Assembly: GCA_965220745.1 (NCBI GenBank)
Contig: CBDCQT010000006.1
Span: 1-64,000 of the forward strand
Reading direction: 5' to 3'
Length of the DNA: 64,000 nt
DNA from: Alphaproteobacteria bacterium
GTDB taxonomy: Bacteria > Pseudomonadota > Alphaproteobacteria > UBA828
The notes under the pieces were generated by a model. It saw only the letters and a program-made list of their open reading frames with translations. It was not told the DNA's origin and did not search any database. Shown in pieces: positions 1-12,400 of this stretch; the stretch's first letter is position 1, and each line of letters begins with the position of its first letter. The translations under genes were made by a program, and so were the position numbers.

Positions 1-423
1 GTCGACTGGCCGGCGCTTCCGGTGCGGGCGCCTTGGCTCGCGGAGGTGGTGGGACGCCCGGAGATCCGCTCCGCCGCCGATCGGGACGACCTGCGACGTC
101 GGCTCCGGGGACTCACCCTTGAGGAACGCCGCGATGAACTGGTCCGGTTCCTCGGGGAGCAGGCGGTCCAGGTTCTGGGGCTGCGCTCCGCACCGCCGCC
201 CTCGGCGGGATTCTTCGAGCTGGGCATGGACTCGCTGATGGCGGTCGAGCTTCGCAACCGCCTGAACCGGGCCTTCCGGGGCGCGTTCGTCGTCTCCAAC
301 ACCGCGGTTTTCGATCATCCCGACATTGCCCGCCTGGCGGAACACCTCGCGAGCAAGTTCGACGGCGCGTCGCCGGAGACGCCGCGGGCGCGCGCCCTGC
401 CGCCCGTCCGGCACCGAGGCGAA
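1..423 (+). other. End of upstream module (M0): KR C-terminal tail, linker and ACP
   Basis: GFFELGMDSLMAVELRNRL with the phosphopantetheine Ser codon at 232, followed by VFDHPDIARLAEHL. Confidence 0.93.
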
Positions 424-3400
424 GAACGCATCGCGATCATTGGCATGGCCTGCCGCTTCCCCGGGGCGGAGGACGCCGAGGCGTTCTGGGCACAGCTTCG
501 CGCCGGGGCCGATCTGGTGACGAGGGGGCGCCCGGACGGGCTCTTCGTGGATGCGCAGACAGAGGCGGCGCGCCACTTCGGCGCCTACGTGGAAGGCCTC
601 GACCGCTTCGACGCGGGCTTTTTCCGGATCGCCCCGGTCGAGGCGGAACTGCTCGACCCCCAGCAGCGGATGCTGCTCGAGACCAGCTGGGCGGCGCTGG
701 AGGACGCCGGGATCGCCCCGGACCGGCTGCGCGGCAGCCGAACCGGAGTGTATGGAGGAGTATACAGCCACGACTACGCGGCTCTAGTCTCAACGCCCGG
801 TGACGATGCGTCAGCCAATCTCTACAGGTCCACCGGGATCGCCCCCTCGGCCGCTGTCGGCCGGGTCGCCTTCGCACTCGGCCTCGAGGGTCCGGCCATC
901 ACGGTGGACACGGCGTGTTCCTCTTCGCTGGTCGCGCTGCACCAAGCGGCGGCGGCGCTCCGCACGGGCGAGGCGGACCTGGCGCTGGCGGGAGGGGTGA
1001 ACGCGATCCTGACCTCCACCGCCACGCGGATCTTCACCGACGCGGGCATGCTCGCGGCGGATGGACGCTGCAAGACCTTCGACGCGGCAGCCGACGGCTT
1101 TGTGCGCGGCGAGGGCTGCGGGATGGTCGTGCTCAAGCGCCTCGCGGACGCGCAGGCGGCGGGAGACCGAATCCTCGCGGTCGTGCTCGGATCGGCTGTG
1201 AACCAGGATGGCGCGAGCGCCGGCCTGACCGTGCCGAACGGCCCGGCCCAAGAGCGCGTGATCGAGGAAGCGCTTGCGCGCTCGGGCGCGGAGCCCTCCT
1301 CGGTGGACTACCTGGAGGCGCACGGCACGGGCACCGAGCTGGGCGATCCGATCGAGGTCGAGGCGGCGGCGGCAGTGTACGGTCGCGGCCGCAGCGCGGA
1401 GCGCCCGCTGCTGGTCGGATCGGTGAAGACCAACGTGGGGCACCTGGAGGCGGCGGCGGGCGTGGCCGGGCTGATCAAGACGGTGCTCGCGATCCGCTCC
1501 GGGGTGATTCCGCGCCACCTGCACTTCGAGCGTCCCAACCCGCGGATGGAATGGGAGAAGCTTCCCGTCCGGGTGACATCGGAGACGACTCCCTGGCCGG
1601 AAGCGGAGCGGCCGCGGCGGGCCGCCGTCAGCTCCTTCGGGTACTCGGGTACCAACGCCCATGTCGTGATCGAGGGCTACACGGAGGAGCGCGAACCGTC
1701 GCCCATCGCGGTGCCGGCCCTGCCAGAGCCGGCCACGGATGGCGGCGGACCGCAGTCCGACGCGCCCCGCCAGCACCGCCTGCTGCCGCTGTCGGCGAAG
1801 TCCGGGCAAGCTCTCCGGGAGCTGGCCGACAGGTACCGGGCGGCCGTGTCGGAAGACACACCGCTGGCCGACATGTCTTGGACGGCCGGGACGGGCCGGA
1901 GCCACTTCCCGCACCGCTCGGGCATCGTGTTCAGCGATCGCGCCTCGCTGCAGGCGCAACTGGAGGTGGTGAGGCAGGGTGCCGTCGCGCCGGCCCGCGC
2001 CGGAAAGGTCGCCTTCCTTTACACCGGGCAGGGGAGCCAGTGGGCGGGCATGGGCCGGGAGCTCTACGGGGCCGAGCCGGTCTTCCGGGCGGTGCTGGAC
2101 CGATGCGAGGAGGTATTCCGCGCAGAGCGGGGTGCTTCGCTCCTGCAAGTGATGTTCGAGGATCCCGGCGGGCAGCAGTTGGATCGGACCGAGTGGACGC
2201 AGCCGGCGCTCTACGCGCTGGAGAGCGGTCTGACGGCCCTGTGGGCGAGCGTGGGGGTGCGGCCTGACATCGTGTTCGGGCACAGCGTGGGAGAGATCGC
2301 GGCAGCGGCTGCCGCGGGAGCCTTCGATCTCGAAAGCGGGATGCGGTTCGCCACGCGCCGGGGCGCGCTGATGGGTTCGCTGCCCGACGGAGGAGCGATG
2401 GCGGCGGTGTTCGCTTCAGCGGACCGCGTGCGCGATGCCCTCCCGGGGGGCATCTCTCTGGCCGCTGACAACGGTGCGCACCAACTGGTGAGCGGCCTTA
2501 GGGATGCGGTCGCCGCTCTAGGAGAGGAGCTGTCCCAAGCCGGCATCCGGGTGGAAATTCTCCGGACCAGCCACGCCTTCCACAGCGCGCTGATGGACCC
2601 CGTGCTGGCGGAACTGGAAGCGGCGGCACCCGAAGCCTCGGAACATTCGGTGCGGCTGGTTAGCGATGTGAGTGGCAGCGTTCTGGAGGACGCGCCCGAC
2701 GGAGCGTACTGGCGGCGCCAAGCGCGCGAGCCTGTCCAGTTCGCCACAGCGATACAAACCTTGGCGGAGTTGCAGGCGGTGCTCCTGCTGGAGATCGGGC
2801 CCCATGGCGTGCTGGGGCCGATGGCGGAACTCGGCTGGCCGCACACCGAGTCGCCTACCGTGATCCTCAGCCAAGGGCGCGGCGGAAACGGGGACTTTGT
2901 CGAGGCGGTGGCGGGCGCGTACGAAGCGGGCCTCGACATTGCCTTCGAGGGCCTGTTTGTTGGCGAACGCCGCCGCCGGATCTCGCTGCCTGCCTATCCT
3001 TTCCAGCGGAAACGTTACTGGATCCCCCCCTCCCAGCGTCCGGGGACTGAGGCGGGCCACGCGCTCCTCGGCGTGCAGCGGGATTCCCCGGATGGCGAGC
3101 ACTCGTTCGAGCGGCAGCTGCACGCCCGGGATCCGGCATGGCTGGCAGACCACCGGGTGTTCGGCGAAGTGGTCGCGCCGGGCGCGCTCTACGCGGCGCA
3201 GGTGGGCGAGGCGCTGCGGGAAACGCACCACGAACTTCCCGTCGTGCTCGAGAAGACCGCGATCAAGCGCCCGCTGGTGTTGGCGAGCAACGAGGGCCGG
3301 CTCGTTCAGGTGGTGCTCGGCAAGGACCGTTCTTGGAAGGTCGTCGGCAGGGCTGCCGGGGGGCAATGGGAGCCCCATGCCGAGGGTCGTTGGGCAGACC

Positions 3401-6400
3401 TCGCGGCGGCCGCCCCCGAGCCGGCGGAGCTCGGCGCGCTGCAGGGCGGCCTGGCGCAGCTGGAGGGGGACGCCGGGCCGGGCCTCGGCGGGTTCGAGCA
3501 CGGGCCGGCCTTCCGCGGCCTGGCCCGGCTCTGGTCGGGGCCCGGCGAAGCGCTGGGCGAGGTGCTGCTGCCGGCGGGAACGGACCGGCGCGGCCTGCTC
3601 GCGCATCCGGCCCTGCTCGACGCGTGCCTCCAGGTGCTGGGCGGCATCGAGGAAGTGGCCGAAGCAGGGGGCACGTGGCTGCCCGCCGGCTGGGACCGCT
3701 TCGTGCTGCGCGAGGCGCTGCCGGAGCGCGTCTTCTGCCGGGCGCTCGACCGCGGCGAGGAAGGGGGCGCGCGCAGGGCCGATCTGTGGCTCTACACGGA
3801 GACGGGCGAGGAGCTGGCGCGCATCGAGGGCTTCGCGCTCAGACGCGCGAGCCGGGCGGCCCTGGCGGGACACCGGGCGGAGGAGACGCTGCACGAGGTG
3901 GCGTGGCGCGAGGGGGCGCCGGTGGGACTCCGGGAGGCGGACTTCCTAGCAGGGCCCGAGCAGATCGAGAGCGGCCTGGGAACGCTGGAGGGCTACCTCG
4001 CGGCGGAGGGCGGCGACGCTGCGTCGCTGCCCGTGCTGGGGCGCGCGCTGGAGCGCGAGTCGCGCCGGCTGCTGCTGCGCGGGTTCCGGGAGCTGGGCTG
4101 GCGGCCCAGTCCGGGAGAGCGTTTCGAGACGGACGAGTTGCGCCGCAGGCTGAAGGTGACGGAGGATCACGGGCAGCTGTTCGGCCGCTTGCTGGCGGTG
4201 CTGGAGCAGATGGGGGTCTTGGGACGGGACCCGGCAGGCGGCTGGCAGGTGGCGGCCGCGCCGGAACTGCCCCCAGAGCCTGAGGCTGAGGCGGGACCGA
4301 CCGACTCAGAAGCCGATTCGATCGAGCTGGGCGTGCTGCGCCGCTGCGGGGAGTCGCTCGCCGAGGTGCTCCGCGGCCGCGCCGACGGGCTGGACCTGCT
4401 GTTCGGCGGTGAGCCGGGAGCGGCGAGCCTGTACCGCGAGTCGGCGGCCATGCGGGCGCTGAACCGCATGGCCGCCGAGGCCGTGCGCGCGGCGGCCGCG
4501 GGACTGCCCGAAGGCCGCCCGCTGCGGGCGGTCGAGATCGGCGCGGGCACGGGCGCGACCACGTCCGCCGTGTTGGACGCGCTGCCGGCCGGCCGGACCG
4601 AATACAGCTTCACCGACATCTCGAGCGCCTTCTTCCCGGAAGCCGAGCGGCGCTTCGGAGAACGCGGCGCGGAGTTGCGCTTCCGGGCGCTGGACATCGA
4701 GCGGGACCCGGCCGATCAGGGCTTCGCGCAGCACGGCTACGACTTCGTGATCGCGGCGAACGTGCTGCACGCGACGCGCGACCTGGGCGAGACGCTGGCC
4801 CACTGCCGGCGCCTGCTGGCCCCGTCGGGCGTGCTGGTGGCCGTCGAGGAAGCCGCCGCCAAGGAATGGCTGGACCTGACCTTCGGGCTGCTGCCCGGCT
4901 GGTGGCGCTTCCGGGACGCGTACCGCTCCGAGCACGCGCTGGTCGGGCCCCCGGTCTGGCGCCAGGCCCTGGCGGACGCCGGCTTCGGCGGCATGTCCCT
5001 GCTCGAGGATCCGTCCGGGGCGCTGCTGATCCTGGCGCGCGGGCCGTCGCAGGTGCAGGCCGGCCGGGGCCGTTTCGTGCTGGCGGGAACGGGAGCGTTG
5101 CCCGCGGCCCTCGAAGCGGAACTGCGCAAGCGGGGACAGGACGTGCTGGCGGGCCCGGCGGACGGGGGGCGGGCTTCATGGCGGTCATTCTTCAAGGCGC
5201 CGGGCGGGGAGGCGCCGCTGCGGGGCGTGGTGCACTTGGAAGGCGTGCGGCGCGACTCGGCGGGGCTCTCGACCGCAGAGCTGGCTGCGGACGCGGAGCG
5301 CATCGGGGCGAGCGCGCTGGCACTGGTCCAGGGGATGTCGGACGCCGGCGTGACGCCGGCGAGCGGCACTTGGTTCGTGACCCGGGGCGGGCAGGTGATC
5401 GGCCGGGAGCGCTGCGGCGCCCTGCCCGGTGCCATGCTGTGGGGCCTGGCGAGCGTGGTGGGGCTGGAGCACGCGGACCTGACCCCCCGCCTGCTGGACT
5501 TGGACCCGGAGGCGGACCCGGACGCCGGCACGCTGGCGGACGAGTTGCTGTTTGCAGACCGGGAGACGCGCGTCGCCCTGCGGGGCGGAGCCCGCCTGGT
5601 CGCCCGGCTGACCCGGTTCGCGGGGCGGGCCGAGCTCCCGGAAGGCGGCGGCTGGCGCTGGGCGGCCGATCCGGCCGGGGCGCTCGACGCGCTGCGCGTG
5701 GAGCAGGTGTCGAAGAACGCGGGTCCGGGCGAGGTGCTGGTGCGGGTCGAGGCGACCGGGGTGAACTTCCACGACGTGATGGTGGGGATGCAGGCCGTGG
5801 AGGCCGGCCAGCCGCTCGGCATCGAGCTGTGCGGGCGGGTCGTGGAGGCCGGCCAGGGCGTGCGGGAGCTGCAGGCGGGGGACCGGGTGGCGGGATTCGC
5901 CCGGGGAGCGTTCGGGCCCGAGGTGGTCACGCGGGCGGAGTGCGTCGTTCCGGCACCGCCGGGGCTGTCGGCGGCGGAGCTGGCGACCCTGCCGGTGGCG
6001 TCGGTGACCGCGGCGCTGGCCTTCGAGCACGCGGGCCTGGCAGAGGGGGCGCGGGTGCTGGTCCATGCCGGCGCGGGGGGCGTGGGCCACGCCGCGATCC
6101 GGCAGGCGCAGGCCGCGGGGCTGGAGGTGTACGCGACTGCGAGCGCGCCGAAGCGGGAGTACCTGCGTTCGCTGGGGGTCGCGGCGGTGTTCGACAGCCG
6201 CTCGCCGGCCTTCGGGAAGCAGGTCTTGGAAGCGACCGCGGGCGCGGGTGTGGAGATGGTGCTGAACAGCCTCTCCGGGGAGGGCTTGATCGAGGCCAGC
6301 CTGTCGTGCCTTGCGCCGGGCGGAGCCTTCGTAGAGCTCGGCAAGCGCAACATCCGCAGCGCCGGGGAGATGGCGGCCGAGCGCCCGGACGTTCGCTACC

Positions 6401-9400
6401 TGGAGTTGGCGCTGGACCGGCTCATGCGGGAGGAGCCGGAGCGGCTCGGGACGGTGCTGCGGAGGGTGATGGAGCGGGTCGCGTCGGGGCAGCTCGCGCC
6501 CCTGCCCTTCACCCGCTGGCCGCTGGCGGAGGCCGCCGCGGCGCTGGCGGAGCTGCAGGCGGCGCGCCATATCGGGAAGGTCGTGCTGGTGCCGTCGGCG
6601 CTGGCGGCGGGCCGGCTGCGGCAGGACCGCAGCTATCTGATCACGGGGGGGCTCGGAGGGGTCGGGCTGGAGGCGGCGCGCTGGCTGGCTGGGGCCGGGG
6701 CCGGGGCCATCGTGCTGAACGGGCGCCGCCCGCCAGAGGCGGCAGCGGCGGCGGCAGTGGCGGAACTCCGGGCGGGCGGCGCGGAGGTGCGCGTCGAGAT
6801 CGCGGACGTGACGGACGGGGAGGCGGTGGCGGGCATGCTCCAACGCATCGACGCCGAGCTGCCGCCGCTGGCGGGGGTGATCCACAGCGTGGGAGCGCTG
6901 GCGGACGCGGCGCTGACGAACCAGGACTGGGAGCGCTTCGAGCGCGTGCTGGGGCCCAAGGCGCTGGGGGCCTGGCGGCTGCACCGGGCGACGCTCGACC
7001 GGCAGCTGGACCTGTTCGTGCTCTTCTCCAGCCTGACGGGCGTGGTCGGGTATCCGGGGCTGGCCAACTACGCGGCGGCCAACGCCTTCCTGGACCAGCT
7101 GGCGCGGCACCGCCGGGCGCTCGGCCTGCCCGGTCAGGCCATTGCGTGGGGGCCATGGTCGGAGACCGGCAAAGCCGAACAGCGTCGCGAACTCATCGCA
7201 ACACAGCTAGCCCGCTACGGCGAGGAATGGATCGCTCCCGAACAAGGCATCCAGACGTTGGCGCGGCTCGTGCGCGAGGACGTGGGGACCAGCGTGGTGG
7301 CGTCCGTCGACTGGCCGGCGCTTCCGGTGCGGGCGCCTTGGCTGGCGGAGGTGATGGGACGCCCGGAGATCCGCTCGGTCGACGGCCCGGACGACCTTCT
7401 AGGCCGACTCCGGGGACCCGCTGCCGAGGAACGCCGGGATGGACTGGTCAGGTTCCTCGAGGAACAGGTGGTCCAGGTCCTGCGGCTGCGCTCCGCCCCG
7501 CCGTCCTCGGCGGGATTCTTCGAGCTGGGCATGGACTCGCTGATGGCGGTCGAGCTTCGCAACCGCCTGAACCGGGCCTTCCGCGGCGCGTTCGTTGTCT
7601 CCAACACCGCAGTGTTCGATCATCCCGACATTGCCCGCTTGGCGGAACACCTTGCGAGCAAGTTTGAGGGCGTGTCGCCGGAGACGCCGCGGGCGCGCGC
7701 CCTGCCGTCCGACCGACGCCGCGACGATGGACGAATCGCGATTGTCGGCATGGCCTGCCGATTCCCCGGGGCGGAGGACGCCGAGGCGTTTTGGGCGCAG
7801 CTTTGCGCCGGGGCGGACTTGGTAATTAGGGGGCGCCCGGACGGGCTCTTCGTGGATGCCGAGACGGAGGCGGCACGCCACTTCGGCGCCTACGTGGAAG
7901 GCCTAGACCGCTTCGACGCGGGCTTTTTCCGGATCGCCCCGGTCGAGGCGGAACTGCTCGACCCCCAGCAGCGGATGCTGCTCGAGACCAGCTGGGCGGC
8001 GCTGGAGGACGCCGGGATCGCCCCGGACCGGCTGCGCGGCAGCCGAACCGGGGTGTATGGCGGAGTATGCAGCCACGACTACGCGGCCCTGGTCTCAACA
8101 CCCGGCGACGATGCGTCAGCCAATCTCTACAGGTCCACCGGGATCGCCCCCTCGGCCGCTGTCGGCCGGGTCGCCTTCGCGCTCGGCCTCGAGGGTCCGG
8201 CCATCACGGTGGACACGGCGTGTTCCTCTTCGCTGGTCGCGCTGCACCAAGCGGCGGCGGCGCTCCGGGCGGGCGAGGCGGACCTGGCGCTGGCGGGAGG
8301 GGTGAACGCGATCCTGACCTCCACCGCCACGCGGATCTTCACCGACGCGGGCATGCTCGCCGCGGATGGACGCTGCAAGACCTTCGACGCGGCAGCCGAC
8401 GGCTTTGTGCGCGGCGAGGGCTGCGGGATGGTTGTGCTCAAGCGCCTCGCGGACGCGGAGGCGGCGGGAGACCGAATCCTCGCGGTCGTGCTCGGATCGG
8501 CTGTGAACCAGGATGGCGCGAGCGCCGGCCTGACCGTGCCGAACGGCCCGGCCCAAGAGCGCGTGATCGAGGAAGCGCTTGCGCGCTCGGGCGCGGAGCC
8601 CTCCTCGGTGGACTACTTGGAGGCGCACGGCACGGGCACCGAGCTGGGCGATCCGATCGAGGTCGAGGCGGCGGCGGCGGTATACGGCCGTGGCCGGGGC
8701 GCGGACCGCCCGCTGCTGGTCGGATCGGTGAAGACGAACGTGGGCCATCTCGAGGCGGCGGCGGGCGTGGCCGGACTGATCAAGGCGGTGCTCGCGATCC
8801 GCTCCGGGCTGATTCCGCGCCACCTGCACTTCGAGCGTCCCAACCCGCGGATGGACTGGGAGAAGCTTCCCGTCCGGGTGACATCGGAGACGACTCCCTG
8901 GCCGGAAGCGGAGCGGCCGCGGCGTGCCGCCGTCAGCTCTTTCGGGTACTCGGGCACCAACGCCCATGTCGTGATCGAGGGCTATGCCGAGGAGCGCGAA
9001 CCGCCACGCATCGCGGTGCCCGCGCTGCCGGAGTCGGGTGCTGATGGCCGCGTCCCGCAGGCCGACGCTCCCCGCCAGCACCGCCTGCTGCCGCTCTCGG
9101 CGAAGTCCGAGCAAGCTCTCCGGCAGCTGGCCGCCAGCTACCGGGCGGCCGTGTCGGAAGACACACCGCTGGCGGACATGTCTTGGACGGCCGGGACGGG
9201 CCGGAGCCACTTCCCGCACCGCTCGGGCATCGTGTTCAGCGATCACGCCTCGCTGCGGGAGCAGCTGGAGGTGGTGAGGCTGGGTGCCGCCGCGTCGTCC
9301 CGCGCTGGAAAGGTTGCCTTCCTTTACACCGGACAGGGGAGCCAGTGGGCGGGCATGGGCCGGGAGCTCTATGCGACCGAGCCGGTGTTCCGGGCGGTTC

Positions 9401-12400
9401 TGGACCGATGCGAGGAGGTATTCCGCGCAGAGCGAGACGCGTCTCTGCTGCAGGTGATGTTCGAGGATCTTGGCGGGCAGCAGTTGGATCGGACCGAGTG
9501 GACGCAGCCGGCGCTCTACGCGCTGGAGAGCGGTCTGACGGCCCTGTGGGCGAGCGTGGGGGTGCGGCCTGACATCGTGTTCGGGCACAGCGTGGGAGAG
9601 ATCGCGGCAGCGGCTGCCGCGGGAGCCTTTGATCTCGAGACCGGGATGCGGTTCGCCACGCGCCGGGGCGCGCTGATGGGTTCGCTCTCCGAGGGGGGGG
9701 CGATGGCGGCGGTGTTCGCTTCGGCGGAGCGGGTCGCTGCCAGCCTTGACGGTGCGGTGTGCCTGGCCGCCGATAACAGCACTCACCAAGTCGTGAGCGG
9801 CCCGGAGGCCGACATCGAGGCACTGCTGAAGAGGTTCGAAGAGGACGGTCTGCGCGTGGAGCGTCTGCGCACCAGCCACGGCTTCCACAGCGCGCTGATG
9901 GATCCGGTGTTGGCGGAGCTGGAAGCGGCGGCGCCCGGGGCCTCGGCACCGGCGGTGCGACTGGTGAGCGATGTGAGCGGGCAGGTGCTGGAAGGGGCTC
10001 CCGACGGAGCGTACTGGCGGCGCCAGGCGCGCGAGCCGGTCCAGTTCGCGACGGCGCTGCGGACGCTGGCGGACTTGCAGGCGGGGCTTTTGCTGGAGAT
10101 CGGGCCGCATGGCGTGCTGGGTCCGATGGCGGCGCTGGGCTGGCCGCACGGCGAGGCGCCTGTGGTGATCCCGAGCCAGCAGCGCGGCGGCAACGGAGAC
10201 TTCGTGGGGGCGGTGGCGGGCGCGTACGAGGCGGGTCTGGACATTGCCTTCGAGGGCCTGTTTGTCGGGGAGCGGCGGCGGCGGGTCTCGCTGCCCGCCT
10301 ATCCCTTCCAGCGGGAGCGCCACTGGGTCTCTCGTTCCCGGCGTTTACAGACTGAGATCGGAAATGTGCTCCTCGGTGTGCAGCGGGATTCCCCGGGTGG
10401 CGAGCACTCCTTCGAGAAACAGCTGCGCAGTCGGGATCCGGCGTGGCTCGCCGACCACCGGGTGTTCGGCGAAGTCGTCGCACCCGGCGCACTGTACGCG
10501 GCGCAGGCGAGTGAAGCCCTCCAAGAAACGCATCACGAACTTCCTGTCGTCCTCGAGGAAACCGCGATTACGCGCCCGCTCGTGCTGTCGGGCGACAAGG
10601 GGCGTCTGGTCCAAGTGGTGCTCGGCGAGGAGGGCGCTTGGAAAGTCGTCAGCAGGGATGCGGGCGGGCGATGGGAGACACATGCCGAAGGCCGCTGGGC
10701 ATCTCTCGCCGGGGCCACGCCCGAGTCGGCAGACCTCGGTGCGTTGAAGTCCAGCCTCGCACGGCTGGCTCCGGACTTCGAGTCGGTACTGGTTGGCCTT
10801 GAGTACGGGCCGGCCTTCCGCGGTCTGGGCCAGCTCTGGTCGGGTCACGGTGAAGCACTGGGCGAGGTGCTGCTGCCTGCCGGCGTGGATCACAGGAATC
10901 TTCTCGTGCACCCGGCACTGCTCGACGCGTGTTTCCAGGTACTGGGCGCTGTCCCGGAGCTGGCGGAAGCAGGAGGGACATGGCTGCCGATCGGCTGGGA
11001 CCGCCTCGTCCTGCGCGACGCGCTGCCGGCGCGCATCTTCTGCCGGGCACTCGACCGCGGAGAGGGCGGGCAGACACGCAAGGCAGACCTCTGGCTCTAC
11101 ACGGAGACGGGCGATGAGCTTGCGCACATCGAGGGCTTCACGCTTAGACAGGCGAACCGGACGGTCCTGTCGGGTCGCCGGGTGGAGGAGGCGCTGCACG
11201 AGGTGGTGTGGCGCGAAGGGGCGGCGGTCGGATTCCGGCAGGCGGACTTCCTAGCCGCACCAAAGGAGATCGAGTCCGGCCTAGGGGGCCTGAACGGATA
11301 TCTCGAGGCGGAGGGCCGCGACGGGGCTTCGCTCGCAGCGTTGGGGCGCAAGCTGGAGCTTGAGTCCCGTCGGCTGCTACTGCGGGGATTCCGGGAACTG
11401 GGATGGGAGCCTAGTGCGGGAGACCGCTTCGAGACGGACGAGCTGCGCCGCCAGCTCAGGGTTACAGAGGATCACCGGCGGCTGTTCGGCCGCTTGCTGT
11501 CGGTGCTGGAGGAGATGGGACTCCTCGAGCGGGAATCGGCGGGTGGCTGGCAGGTTACAACCACGCCGGAAGCGCCCCCGGAGCCTGAGGCGGGACCGAC
11601 CGACTCCGCAGCCGATTCCATCGAGCTGGGCCTGCTCCGCCGCTGCGGGGAGTCGCTCGCCGACGTGCTCCGCGGCCGCGCCGATGCGCTGGACCTGCTC
11701 TTGGGCGGAGAACCGGGAGCGGCGAGCCTGTACCGCGAGTCACCCGCCATGCGCGCGCTGAACCGCATGGTCGCTGACGCTGTGCGCGCAGCGGTCGCCG
11801 GACTGCCGGAAGGCCGGCCGCTGCGGGTGATCGAGCTTGGCGCAGGGACGGGCGCAACCTCCTCCTCCCTTCTAGACGTCCTGCCGGCCGACCAGACCGA
11901 GTTTACCTTCACCGACATCTCGACGGACTCGGTCACTGATGCTGAGCAGCGGTTCGGCGAGCGGGGCGCGGGCCTTCGCTTCCTAGCGCTCGACATCGAA
12001 CGGGACCCGGCGGATCAGGGCTTCGCACTCCACGGCTACGACCTCGTGGTCGCCGCGAACATCTTGCACGCGACCCGCGACTTGGGTGAGACGCTCGCCC
12101 ACTGCAGGCGCCTCCTGGCCCCGTCGGGCGTGCTGGTGGCCGTCGAGGAAGCCGCACGCAAGGAGTGGCTGGACCTGACCTTCGGACTGCTGCCCGGCTG
12201 GTGGCGCTTCCAAGATGCGTATCGCTCCGACCACGCGCTGGTCGAGCCCCCCGTCTGGCGACAGGCCATCGCGGACGCCGGATTTGCGGAGACTTCCCTG
12301 CTAGAGGATCCTTCCGGGGCGCTGCTGATCCTGGCGCGGGGGCCGGCGGAGGCGAGGGCCGAAGGCGGGCTGTTCGTGCTGGCCGGGAAGAGTGAGCTGG

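Noticed and set aside
4866-7667. Long + strand frame +3 ORFs (933 aa here; also 24906-26921, 31188-33353, 43998-45548)
   Set aside because: They are low-complexity Gly/Arg/Ala shadow translations of the frame +1 PKS, caused by high GC, with no recognisable domains.
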